DNA from: Tricharina praecox
Lineage: Eukaryota
Assembly (NCBI RefSeq): GCF_024521635.1
Contig: NW_026250416.1
Location: 744,001 to 808,000, forward strand
Direction of reading: 5' to 3'
DNA length: 64,000 nt
In this document: one piece after another, positions 13,067-25,419 of the stretch
How the letters are laid out: every line of letters starts with the position of its first letter
How positions within the stretch are numbered: the first letter of the stretch is position 1
Position numbers and translations under genes: made by a program
Notes under the pieces: generated by a model
The model's database searches: none
The model's input: the letters and a program-made list of their open reading frames with translations, nothing else
Told to the model about the DNA's origin: nothing

Positions 13067-14467
13067 TTAGATCAGCGATTGTTCACAAGTAAAATTTAGT
13101 GAGTGCTCAGACTGCATACCTAGAAATTCGCCCCTGCCCCAATCGGTCTGTCCAGCAATCGTTTGACCTCGCCACAGGTTACTAGTGGTACGAGTCGCCT
13201 CCATCCAGGTGGTCTGCCGCTTGACCAGTGTTTTCCAAATCATGTCGAAGCCGGAGGAACTCTGAGAGATCTGCATCTTCGATGTCGTACTCTTCCTCGG
13301 TGGTTTCATTGACCGGCGCTTCCTGCGTTTTCATCACCCCGAGTACAAATTCGATAATCCAATCGACGTTTTCGTTATGACATCGATGACCTCGTCGCTT
13401 CCCATGACGTCGTTCCCACTAGCAGATATTTTCTCACGCGCTCGGAATCTCGCACGACCTCCTTCGAAACTGTGACCAGCCACAACAACCCTGAATGGAT
13501 CATCGCGTGAGCGGCTTCGCGAGCGGCGGTCTCCATTGCCTTTATGGATCTGACGATCTTCGCGCGCGGGGTGCCGATCTGCATTCTGTAATACGGAGCA
13601 TCATGCTTGCTGGCGCTGAGGCGCTGATACTGCGGATTGCCCTTGAAGCCCCTCAGGCGCTTGTAGTGATGGCATCCCTTGAACACCTTGCGCAGCTGCT
13701 GGCGACGATGATGCACTGAGTCCCTGTCGTGCTGGTATGAAGGATCACGCTTGAGGCCCCTGTGGCGCCGGCTGTGATGCCATCCCTTGGATACCTTGCG
13801 CGGCTGCTGGTGACGATGATGCGTTGAGTCCCTGTCGTGCTGGTATGAAGGATGACGAATCAGGTCCCTGTGGCGCCGGTACTTGTGATGATGTCCCTTG
13901 GAGTCCAAGCGGCGCTCCATGTGAATGCTACCCTGGATGCTCCTGTGGCGCTGGTACTGATGGTGTCCCTTGGACTCCTTGTGGTGGTTGAATGGGTTGC
14001 CGGCTTTGCCGCCTAGCTTAGAAGTTTCCAGTTCTCGTTACATATTCAACTCTGTTGATCACTTGTACAATAACAAGATCGCAGTAACGCATTGCCCCTG
14101 CGAAGGACAACGGAAACGAACGCTGCAGATCCCGAGCCTCACGGATGAGGATGTTGACGATCCTGCGGTGCGCGTCTACTGCAACCGTCGAGAATCGGAC
14201 GGAGAAGTTGAAATGGTTGCTATAGATGTGAGTTAGCGTTGCTCAGTTCGGGCGACATTTACTTGTCTGTATGTACCTCACGTTGTCGAGCATCGCCCGG
14301 TATGCTGCCTGCGTCGCGGTACTCTGCCCATCGATGCAGTGATGGACCCAGGGGACGTTCATATGGTTGGTCAGGACGTAGTCGTAGAGCTGCTGTGCGA
14401 GCGATGGCTGACTAGGCTGCGTCCCTGGTGGTACCAGATTATAAGCGTACCAGAGGCTTGCCGACAT
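13067..14467 (-). pseudogene. Degenerate spliced gene with 108-bp internal repeats
   Basis: ATG 14467 (MSASLWY), intron 14220-14276 with CTAAC. Downstream Q/G/P-rich frame (QGPQ.., RSRSRSR) is interrupted by stops. Repeat offset 108 bp (13718 vs 13826). Confidence 0.4.
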
Positions 14468-15501
14468 CCTCTCTGGTTTTCGTGGGTGGAGGTGGTGGTA
14501 AGAACGGAAGGCGAAGACGAGAAGTAGAACTTGGGGTAACGTGTGTGGTTGTGAGTTACCAAGTACTAGGTCGTTGCATAGGTCTTCGGACGGGCTGAAA
14601 ACAGTCCTACCCTCGTTCAAAGCTCTGACCTTTTCTGCCACCTCTCCTTTCTCCGTCTTGGTTCTCCTATTCCTTAGACACGTGAATGATGGAGCCAGTT
14701 GCAGGTGTAACCCCGCTGACACAATGCATAGACTTTAAAACCTCAGTGTCCGATTGGTTTTTTTGGCATACGAATAGTATTCTTACTGTAACCAAGAGAC
14801 CGGATCATCATCATTGGTGATAGTCACAGCAGCCGTCTGACATCGCTCTCTAACCCAGGAATTGAGCGGCTCCACCTTCTTCTACCAATTAGCATTGGAG
14901 TAGGTTTCGTTTGGGTCGGAGACACCAAGATATCGTTTGATTGCAACGAACCGGCTCCTGGACATGGCAGGGGTCAATTTGTGGTCGTTGGAAATTTAGT
15001 GTTATAAGGTTATTCCGGTTTGTCGTCCTCTATTGGCCCCGAGTCGATATTTCGGCTTCTTCCGCCACAAGTCTTGAAACATCCGTACTCAGTAGATTCC
15101 GAGCACAAGTAGTCGGGTGCGCCGCTCTCGCTGTAGTAGCCGTGTCCGCCGCTCTCGCTCTAGTCGTATCCGCCGGTGGTACGTCTGCCACAGGACCGTC
15201 TGTTTCCGACTCGGATTGTGGCACCATAACCTCCGTAATAGCCCCATTGCTCATTGTATCTGGTAACATCCTCTCATGCTTTCACGTTCTCATATGGGAT
15301 ATCGACCCTATGTTGCTGTTAGTCTTTGTAAAGTCTCCTAATATTATCCCCGCTCAATAGAATCTTACCTTTCGTATTTTCCCCCACGTCTTCCATCCGT
15401 ACGGTCCCCGAACTTCCTCACCGCCTGAGAACAATCCGAATAAAAATCTAGCTGGCGTGACGATTGAAATCGTTTTAAACAACAATGCGATGGGCATCGT
15501 C

Positions 15502-16407
15502 TTAAAGAACGATGCTATGCGCATTCTGGAGATGGTGCCGGACGGAGCCGGTGCTACTCTTGAAGGTGCTGTGCTTGGGGAGGCAGTGCTTACACGTCCA
15601 GTAACGTTCAGTCCCCACCCTGGACGATTCCCCATGCTGCCAGATCACAGAGGTCAGCTTTTGTCGGTTTTCGGTCTGCGCAGGTGCCGGTTTATTTGTC
15701 GCGGATGGAACGACGGGTACCCGTGCTCTGCCTTGACTCTTGAGGCGTTTGCTTCTCCGCAGAGGCTGAGCATCTGGGATCCTGTAGGTCACCAGCTTAG
15801 TCTCGACGAGGTTGGGAACAACACTTGACGACAGCTCCAACTGAAAGGTTGCATGCTCCCAATTTCTTGGTAGTGAGGGGTCCTCGAGCAGGCCGTCCTC
15901 GCCCACGACCAAGACTCGCGGAAAGAATCTGTCCGGCTCCTCAGGGCTTGACCAGAGGATGATGTCAAAGACCGACCAGTCAAGCGTTGCGACGGTCCCC
16001 TCGACCTTCACGAGCTTGACTTTGCAAGTCTCCATGTTCGCCGGGAGCTTCGTGATGATGGCGGGGAGCTCGGCGGTAATCTTGCCGGCCTTCCAGTCCC
16101 AACCGTCGTCAGACCTACAGCGCGCGATTAGCGAAACGAAGAGCTGTAAGTACTTGTGCGTCCGAAACAACTTACATGGTTGTGATTGTGAGTTTCTGCT
16201 TGTTGCGAAGCCACGCAAAGATTGGTGGAGTGGGAAAGGGAATTGAAGGACAGAAGGGTACGGTGTGAGTAGGGTTGGGTATGAGTAAGGTTCAGCGCTG
16301 TGGGTTCTGGGGTTGTTGCTGCGAGTTCTAAGTTGCTTGCGAAGCCAAGCAGAGAAGGGTGGAGTGGAGAGGGGGATTGAAGTGTTGAAGGGTAGGGTGC
16401 GAGACAT
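15502..16407 (-). CDS. Protein with C-terminal BED-type zinc finger (possible hAT relic); start uncertain
   Basis: TSVIWQHG-x-YWTCKHC-x-SSTGSVRHHLQNAH matches the zf-BED pattern S.vW.hF...CxxC...T..l..HL...H. Confidence 0.6.
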   Translation of the reverse strand: MSRTLPFNTSIPLSTPPFSAWLRKQLRTRSNNPRTHSAEPYSYPTLLTPYPSVLQFPFPLHQSLRGFATSRNSQSQPCKLFRTHKYLQLFVSLIARCRSDDGWDWKAGKITAELPAIITKLPANMETCKVKLVKVEGTVATLDWSVFDIILWSSPEEPDRFFPRVLVVGEDGLLEDPSLPRNWEHATFQLELSSSVVPNLVETKLVTYRIPDAQPLRRSKRLKSQGRARVPVVPSATNKPAPAQTENRQKLTSVIWQHGESSRVGTERYWTCKHCLPKHSTFKSSTGSVRHHLQNAHSIVL

Positions 16408-19280
16408 TTTGAAGGGTAGGGCGCGCGTAGGGCTGAGTGTGAGTAGTAGGCCTTCCCGTAACGAGAGGCTGAAGGTGAGTCCAGTAGTGGTATCTTGCTA
16501 CGCTGAGTATTGGCCGACGCAAACCCCACTACTTTCAATTACTGTTCTGCTGCTTCTGCGCCTACCTCCCCGACTCAAGGTTGCTCATCTTCCCACTCGA
16601 AGCGACCACGAAGTGCATCGTCGGTCCAGCTCAGACGTTTGTCATTGGCGGGTGGCAGTTTGATTCCCGTGGCTTAGCTCCCCACCCGTGCTGTCCTGCG
16701 TCTTCTCCTATCCGGACCAGGCTCACTCCATGTCTCGGAAGCCGACGGCTGCGTAAGGCGGTTTTCTATCTAAGGGCGGATGGTGGGACGGCGACAATTT
16801 CATGGAATTCGCGAGCCGGAGACTTCGCAACCATACTGCAACTCCTCTTCCTTTTCCTCTGCTTGCTCGGTAACATCGTCTCCTTGCAACCGTGGCTCCT
16901 GTGTAGAAACTATGGTACAACCAGCAGCGGAGACATCTGCGGTGTTCGAGCGCTCTCTCTCGGCGGTAGGTGATTTTTATTCGGTGATTCCCCGAAACTT
17001 TGGACCGACTATCCTATTACTGTAGTCTCCCTCATAAACGTCACGGTTTGGTGTGCGTATCCATAACGCACCTGGCTCGATGCTCAGCAAGCTCAGGTAG
17101 CGGGCGGAACGGCGGGAACGAAAACGGCGATGGTTTAGTGTGTTGACACGATTTGTATGCAGTGATTATATTCAAAGATTTGCAGTACATCGCTTCCCAT
17201 TTTGCCGAACATGCAATTGACAGGCATATTCGAGCTGAAAAGTTAATTTACCAGCACTCCGCCTGCTTCAAAGGTGGACTAATGGATAATCGCCTGGAAA
17301 AATAGGCGATACAATACCGCAAGTAAACAAACGAACTTGCCGTCATGTATATGAGCGGGGCGAGTCTTGGTTCTTGTGTGGAGTATGCGATGCGTTCAAG
17401 AGAGCGAGAATCAGGATTAATCACTCGTTTCTACACGAGTGTCATGCGGTGAGTACCTGCTCGGCATCGTTTGTCTCCGGTGCTTTATAGTCGGATAACT
17501 AACCGTATGAAGGGCTATATCTTGCTTTTGATCGACTGTAGCACTGCTGTACAGAACGGAAAAAAGATCATGCCATCTCACTCATCGATACTTGACGAGC
17601 GATATCTTGTGATGCACATTCGGGAGCTGGATGGTTCGTTATTTACGTGGTGGGAAGGACTGAAAAGCGCATAAAATCAGTAATTGTTACTTATGGATTG
17701 CTATTTGTATTACTACAGGTTGCTCTTCCCCATAGACGTAGCCAGTTCAAGAGTATTGTTCTCATTGATTAGCTTGACTGGGGCGCACAGGAAGTGAGGA
17801 AACAAATTAACGAGCACGAGAGAAACAAAGAAAATCATAGCCACCGTTAGTTTATGAAGTCCCCCATCCAGCAGAGAAGAATTCCATTCAACATATTATG
17901 GGCATCACCTTTCGTGGCCCCGATTCCTTCTGACCGACTCTGCATCGTCTACCTGCTTTCCGCATATATCTTTACCTCTGTTAGAATATTCCCCCGAAAC
18001 CCATTGCCGTTTCTTCTTTTGAAATGGTAAAAAGAGACATTCTTTACTCGATTATTGCAACCCTCCACCTGTCGGGACGTTTCCCGTGCACATTTCTCCC
18101 CCACTGCGCCTCCGCAAAAATATAACGGACTACCCCCACCCTGCGCCGGACCCAAAGGCGTGTTGTTCTTGCAGTTTGTGCTAGCAGCGGGGCCGTTGAA
18201 CGTGGAGTTCAGGGAGACTTCGGCGATGAACCTTTTCATGGTACTTATCCCAGTGCCTCGCCAGTGGATCACTCTGAAGGACTTCACTGGTCGGCGGTTC
18301 CCGTTTCAAGTAGTAAGCCCATAGCGATCACCTCGAAGTGATCAAATGCAACCTACGCGCACCAGAGAGGAGATCCACGCGTAGAACTTCACTGTTTCTT
18401 AAACGTGCTGGCATGTCATTCGTACGCCGCCCGGGCTGCTAACGGACTCGGTGGTAGCTGACGGTCAGCGGCAGGCGTAGACGTACCGGCGGAATAATCC
18501 ATTAGTGGATTGTCGAAGTAGCTGGTATGTCGTGGGCGTGCTGATGCGAACAAGCTCGGAGGCGGTTTGCCACCGGGAATATTGACGTACTGGCGGAGCA
18601 GGGTTCGCGATGAATGTGAAGACATCGAGATGAGCGGTGGGGATTTTAGCGGTAGGGACGGGCTCGTGCGGGCGGCGGGATGCTGCAGGAGCTATTTGCG
18701 AGGCGAGGAGGGAAATCGGTCGAGGGCGTACTGTGACGCGGGTAATGGTTAGTAATCATGCTGCAGAATGAGTGTCGCTGTGGGGTGGGTCACGCGGAAG
18801 CAGCTCAGATCCGGTTGTCCCCGGATGCCGCCTTGCGAGCCTTCTTCTAGTCTGTATTCCGACCCGCCGCGGCGTTTCGTTCGTCGCTCGAAGTTTTATC
18901 GTTTCGTCGGTCATGCTGGCTTGGGGTACATTGAAGATGGGCGGGGAGTGAGTTGTCAGTGGTGGTAGACATGGTTCGACTTGGCTACATGCGACTGAAA
19001 TCGTCCACTGCAGTACAAGTACCTCAGGGAGGCTCTGGTTCAGAAAAACGCACATCACCACCACCGAGGAAAAGATTCATTCGGAAGGTAGGAAAGTTCT
19101 TGATATCATGGAGTACCTGAAACCATCGAGTTCCAAGCGGCAATTATTAACGCACGGTCATCATGAACTGCGCTTCTACTGTGAAATAAGGACTCAAGTT
19201 GAAAATAATGAAATTAACAGCGAGTAGTACTAGGTACATGGCCATTCTTCCCCATTCTGCAACCAACCACAAATTCGTCT

Positions 19281-19880
19281 TTATCTACCAAGCCCAGACG
19301 ACCTATCATTTTCCATCTTCGTGATCCACTTGTCCATGCATAGGTCGCACGCCGCTCTTGTATCCGACACAAACTTCAGGTGCAGTGGATTCATCTCTCC
19401 GCAGATGGCACACGGCGGGTAGCCCCTGATTTCTCCCCACCCCGGATGCTGTGTCGCTATTGAGGTCCGGATCGATCCGGACCTTGAAGCGGCTGGTACA
19501 GGTGGTGGAGGTCCTCTGGTACCAGGGCCAAAGCTACCTCTCTCGCGAAGCTCACGAGCATGCATCTCATGTTCCTCCGCCAATTCGGCAGAAAGTACGG
19601 CAATGCGGGCAGCTCGTGGGCCAGAATCCACAGCTATTATCTCCGCTTCGGACGGACTTGGGTGTGGTTCAAATGTCGCCGCGAGTTCTCGCTGGGTCTC
19701 TTCGCGGGCCTCTTCCCGGGCCACTGCAAGTATAGCCTTGAGCTTCTCCTCTTTTTTTTCGCGGGCGGCGATCATAGGGTGGAGTAAAGAGTGGATACGG
19801 GAACGACGAGTAGAAGTTTCGGAGGAACTGTCGCTTGGTGGTCGCAGAGACCGTGGAGTGCGCGGGGGGCTTCGAGGCAT
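19281..19880 (-). CDS. Hypothetical protein with coiled-coil and C-terminal CxxC...CxxC motif
   Basis: 199-aa ORF from ATG; CAIC-x17-CDLC near the C-terminus. Confidence 0.6.
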   Translation of the reverse strand: MPRSPPRTPRSLRPPSDSSSETSTRRSRIHSLLHPMIAAREKKEEKLKAILAVAREEAREETQRELAATFEPHPSPSEAEIIAVDSGPRAARIAVLSAELAEEHEMHARELRERGSFGPGTRGPPPPVPAASRSGSIRTSIATQHPGWGEIRGYPPCAICGEMNPLHLKFVSDTRAACDLCMDKWITKMENDRSSGLGR

Positions 19881-20777
19881 GATGGAGCTTCTCCGTCTCT
19901 GTTAGCCAAGAGGTGTGACGTAAGGAAGACTGATTGGGTGATTAATTCTAAAGTGTAAGCGGGAAAGAGACAGTGGCAGAGGTGCCACGGACGGCATATG
20001 AGGGCGAGCTTGAGTTTATATTGAGCGGAAACAGGAGGTTGCGTGCGGGTTCGAGATGATAAAGGTAACTATCCAAGTTGACTCGGTGTTAGTTGAGAAC
20101 AGTGAAACAGAAGTGTTTGGAATCAGCGGTTAACAAACAAACGTGGGTGCAGAGAGAGGGAGGGATCTCCGATGGTGAGTGATTGGAAAGTTACTACTCA
20201 CAATTTTGTCAGGAGATTAGAACCCAAGCGACGAGGAGTTTCAATAATTCGTAACGTGCGCAAACCCGAAGCAGCAACGTCCCTACATGTATAGTGTCCA
20301 TCCGTCTCAGGGACCCATGATCATCATAGCACCATGTCGAACATCGTAGCATCTACCAGAAATATCGCTTCTCACCCTCCGGTCTCATCGACATTCGGTG
20401 AACGGGAGGAGTCATGGATGAAGCGGTAGCCTGTGAGCCGAGTATTACTCGAATGTGCTGAATATAGGAATCGACCGGTCCAGCTAGAAGGATTGCGGGA
20501 GTGTGAAGGAAAAAAACTGTCAGGAGTGGAATACCCAAGGTCGCAGTAGTTATTGCTGAAGGGAATGGGTTCCAGAAGATATGCGAGTGTAAGTATCGTG
20601 ACAAAACGGGGGATAGGTGTGGCACGCAGCGTAGAAAAGACCACATCGATAGAAGGACGTCAAGGGGATGGGAAATATTGTGTTGATAAATGCTAAACGA
20701 TCTCGCCGTCAACCTTTCCGTCGTAGCGTCAATGCGCGCATTTCCCATCTGTTCCTTGAAGTTCCCGCCACCGCTCC

Positions 20778-21167
20778 TTATCCCCTCATGACGAATCCAT
20801 CGCCAACCCTTTCCTCAGACGCCACTGCCACCGGCACTCCACCACCACCACCACCACCAACAACAACACCGAACCTATCTCCAACACCGCAGAACGAGTT
20901 CAACCTCGGCCGAATCTTCTGCACCCGGCATGGAATCTCGGCGACGACGACGGCGAGCTCCTGCTTCTCCTTGATATCGCAGCAGGCCGGCGGCGGGGCT
21001 TGATGTTCGTGGAGGGGGAGGACGGTTTTCGCATTCGCTCTCTTGGCGCGGCTGCGGACGCGGAGGCGGATGCCGAGGATGATGGCGGCGACGATGATAG
21101 CAAATGGTCCACAGACGATATGGAAGAGAGGCATCTGTAGACATGTGTTCCAGGTTAGCGGAGGCAT
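20778..21167 (-). CDS. Small single-pass membrane protein (hypothetical)
   Basis: 129 aa; hydrophobic FHIVCGPFAIIVAAIILGI followed by basic RLRVRSRAKR. Confidence 0.55.
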   Translation of the reverse strand: MPPLTWNTCLQMPLFHIVCGPFAIIVAAIILGIRLRVRSRAKRANAKTVLPLHEHQAPPPACCDIKEKQELAVVVAEIPCRVQKIRPRLNSFCGVGDRFGVVVGGGGGGGVPVAVASEERVGDGFVMRG

Positions 21168-21865
21168 GGCGACGCAATGTCGACGACTTGATGAGGGAAA
21201 GTGGGTTGGAACGCACGATGTGTGTGTGCGCTGCTGAGATCGCCGGATTCAATACTGATACAGTGAGCTGGCGATGATGAAGGAAGTGTTCGGCTGAGTA
21301 AAAATCCACGGTAGACGACTGCGGGGTATGAGGTATGACCGTATGATGTCCGGGGTCTGAGGTACAGCTGTTGGACTAGCGGCAGATACGTTAGCTACTG
21401 CTGCATAGGAAATGATTCGGCCTGGCCGCGAACAAGCGCGCTTTCTTTGTGTAACCTGCGAAACCCACCTGGTTGAATTTTGAGCATGGCTGCACTCGTG
21501 ATTCCAACCGCACGTACAGAAGTTATACCGTTCAACTCTACTCAGGACCTACTGCGTGATCTCGGCGAATGACATGCTTCAAGGTGATCTCACGCAACCG
21601 GAGGTGTAACCGTGTAAGGTGATTGATAGGAGATCTTACGGTAGGAAAAAAGAATCATCTTGCTTCTGGAACCGGTAACTCGTTCATTGATTCCCGTCTC
21701 ATCGTCAGACCGTCAACAGGTCCATCGTTCGAATACACGTCTTTCCACCCATCATTAGGCAATCAAAACTCGACACGTAGTAACACCAGCTCACGTACAC
21801 TACACGCCTCTCATCACCGTGCTCAGGATCTCACAACTCTCCTCTTCACCAACCTCGGCGCCTGT

Positions 21866-24562
21866 TTAATCTTCCGCACTCTCCGCAATAGTCGGCATCA
21901 CCTCCACATTGAATGCCAAAGACCTCTCCTGAACGATAGCTGTCATCTGCATTAGTGCATCTCTCAATCTCCGCTGCCTAGCCTTTTTCTCCGATTCCTT
22001 CGCCTTGCCCCGCAGTGTATCGACGTACTCGTTCTGTTGCCGTACCATGTCCCCATAGAAGATCCTGAACTGACGCTGAATATTCCTCCTTAGACGGTCG
22101 CATGCGGCAGCAATTGGGCCGTCGTGAGCCAAGGGCGGTGTCCACCCAGATATAATCTCGAGGCCACCGGGGAGCTCGGAGATCAGGATTCTGCTCTGTT
22201 TGATGTTCATGTGGTATCGGAAGCCTTCACACGCCCAACACGAGGTGCTGGAGTATCCGATGGGACACCAGCGACGGATTGCGGGAATTCTCTCGTTGGC
22301 TAAGCCATCCAGCTCGGAGCGTCGGACGAGCTCGCAGATTAGTGTTACCTCGGCATGTTGCCAACAGCGGACTCTGGTGCGGTTTCCTCGTCTTGTTGGT
22401 GCCTCGATTGCGATCACGGGTTTGCCTCCGGGATTCAACCTGGGGGGATTGTAGAGTGCGGGGTCGTCGCCTAGGGTAAGGTCATCGAGGGTTATGCCGG
22501 GAAACGTGTTTAGGAGACCCTCAACGGTGAGACGGGTGCAGGTTTCATCGACTGTAGCCTTTTTTTCGAGGATGCTCATGACACTGGGAAACTTCACGAA
22601 GTTTGGAGGCGCAGGCGCCAGAATCTGCCATGCGTTAGTAGCGCTCAAGAATCGGAAAGTAGACTCCGCACCTCCGTTATTGTAAGTCGTGATGGAGGCC
22701 CCCGCGTAATCATTCTCATCATCCACTTAATCGCCTGAAAGTATCTCGACAGTTGGTAGATCCTAAGATTTATCTCTGTATCTTTTATCAAATAGCCAGT
22801 AAAATAGGAAAAGCACCAGCATTCCTGAAGGAAGAACTTCGGCACTGCATTCTCGTATGCTATCTCGTTGAGCCAGGCTATACAGCTCTCCTCCATAGTC
22901 ATGAAAGGTGCCGCTCGTTGTCTGGTCTAACCAATCCATCAGCAGCTATTAGTCGGGAACAGTGGTTAGGCTCACATATTCAATTAATCTCGACCGTAGC
23001 ATCAGCGATTGGTCTTCAGACAGCTTCAGCACGATCTGTTGTATCGAACTGAGTCGCCGTAACGCCCTTTTCAGATCTCGATACATGACGTGTATCCTCG
23101 GCTGACAGTTTTTGAGAACCAAGCTGAGCATATTCTCCCGTACCGTCTCCTCATTGTACCGATTCATACTCATGAGCTCCCCTGCCATATCATTATAATA
23201 TGCTTTCTCCTTATCGGTTGCAGGTCGGTCCTTGGCATAAACAACCTCTATAGCATACCCGCTCCGTTTGCCGGCTTCCACCGTCTTGCGATGTTCTTCG
23301 GCGGTACCCGGTAGAGTGAGGCTAATCCAAACAGCCGCTTCATCCTCGAAAGCATCGGTAACGAATAAGCTCGCAATGCGGTCGTACATACGCAGCTGTG
23401 AGTGGCGATTGCTGGTTTTACCCGCATCCGAGAAGCGACACAGCATTGCGAGGGCGTGAAGACACTCAGATCCCGTCACTTCGTGGTCATTCACTGCTAA
23501 TGGGGCCACCATTGAGGTTTGCGGCTCCTCGGATTCCGTAAACCGGACTGCTTTGGGCCTGGGCGAGGCCGCACGCGCTGCCTGTGGAACTCTCGTTTTA
23601 ACCCTCGTCAAAGGCGGGAAATCTTCCAATTCATCTAGCATCTCCCCACTTGCGTCACCGAGGGCATCCTTATCCGCTCCTGGATTGCTGATCGCCGCAC
23701 GCGGTTCCTGTGGAACTCTGGTTTTAACCCTCGTCAAAGGCGGGAAACCATCCAATTCATCTAGCATCTCCCCACTTGCGTCACGGAGGGGATCGTCATC
23801 CGCTCCTGGACTACTGACACTTGTGATCGGTGATAGAATGTCAGGATCCCCTGAGTTCTGCGAGGTGAGATCGCTATCCGAAAATCCCGATTCAAACTCC
23901 GGCGATGAGGGTCCAGCATACTCCACATGTTGTACCGATCCCTCCGGGCTGATGTCCGGGCTTTGCAGTGCGGCGTCTTCTCGGGTGGTGTTGGCGTCGT
24001 CAGACACTGGAGATAGTTCACTGACGTGAATCGTGCCTGGCGGTGTCCGGGGGGCCTCGGGCTCTCGGTCGGGAGCTTGGCCGTCATCGTCAGCCTCTGA
24101 GAGGACTTCAGTAACTTGAACTGTGACTGGCTGTGCCCCAGGAGGGAGGTCAGCGGCTCGCATCGTGACTGCCGGTGTCCGTGGGGTCTCGGGCTCTGGG
24201 CCCGCCTCGTGTGCCCACTCTCGACTGTCATCGTCAGACTCCGGGGACAGTTCGGTGACTTGGATCATGAATGGCGCTGGTAGTGGAGCTTCGGGCTCTT
24301 GGTCAAGCTCTTGACTGTCATCATTAGACTCTAGGGAGAGTTCGGTGACTTTGACAGTGACTGGCGGTGTCTGTGGGGTGTCGGGCTTTCGGTCGGGCTC
24401 AGAACTGTTATCTTCGGACTCTGAGGTGATTTCAGTGACTTCAACCGTGACTAGGCTTCTCCGTGCGGACTCGAGCTCTCGATCGCGATACCGGTAGTAC
24501 TTTCCACCGAAGCGTTCATGAAAGCCCTTCTGATGCTGTGATCTCGGAGGGGCGCGTGGCAT
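21866..24562 (-). CDS. OTT_1508-like nucleic acid/nucleotide deaminase (cytidine-deaminase fold), ~866 aa, 3 exons, acidic repeat N-terminus
   Basis: Exons 24562-22976, 22926-22672 and 22624-21866, joined by phase-0 introns (49 and 47 nt). Catalytic motifs HAE (WQHAEVTLI) and IGYSSTSCWAC. Confidence 0.75.
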
Positions 24563-25419
24563 AGTGAGGAGAAAAATAAGAGATAAACCGCGGCAAGATA
24601 ATGATGTAGTAAGATGCAGATAAATATGCGGTGCTGGCTGAGGTGACGATGTGGAGATGTGGAAATGGGAGCGAGCCAACCGACTGGGTACTGGGTGTAT
24701 GGGTGTATTGCATGGGTGTATGGTTACACTCGATCTATGTACGTACTTCTATGCGTGCCTCCTACCTTTCTTCCCTTCCATAGACAGCAAGAACGAAAGC
24801 GCGCTCCCTCACGTTTCTCACACGCCTCATCCGAAATGTTTGCTGCTGCATTCTGACACTTGGGGTTTTTCGAATAGCACGTGCACACGCCGTACTTGGT
24901 CTCACGGCAAAGAAGACTTGGCGGCAAGTCGTGGCGGCCGGATTATTCGAGAACATAATAGGATTGTATCCGTATGGCTATAATTCCCACCACGGTTGCA
25001 TAGGTTATGGACAAGATCATGTTGACCGGGTGGAAGGGATGCCTTATGCGAGTATCAGGAACAGGATGAACCTGTCGGGAGTGTTCCAAAACCGTGCTCT
25101 TTCCCGCTGAGAAGTTCATTGCCGCAATTCCGCCAGAACAATTGTGCAGATCAGGGCTACAGCCTACGGTAGTGGTCATGATGCTTTGCTCACCACCCAT
25201 CAATATCCCTCTCGCACACTGCTTACCGAAACATAGGAACATACACAATGCTACGATGATATGTGTCGCCTCGCCTCAACTGGTTCCTCCGTCAATAGCA
25301 ACTGTCAAACGACCGGTCTGCTCAACTTGAAGACGCACGGACAACCTATATGTTTCCATTTCATCCCCTGTATTCGATGCCGCATAATCCACAAGAAAGC
25401 TGTGCATACAGCTGAAACA

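Noticed and set aside
13375-13920. H/R/K-rich 181-aa ORF as a real protein
   Set aside because: Probably an alternative frame of the 108-bp repeat region; the true frame cannot be decided
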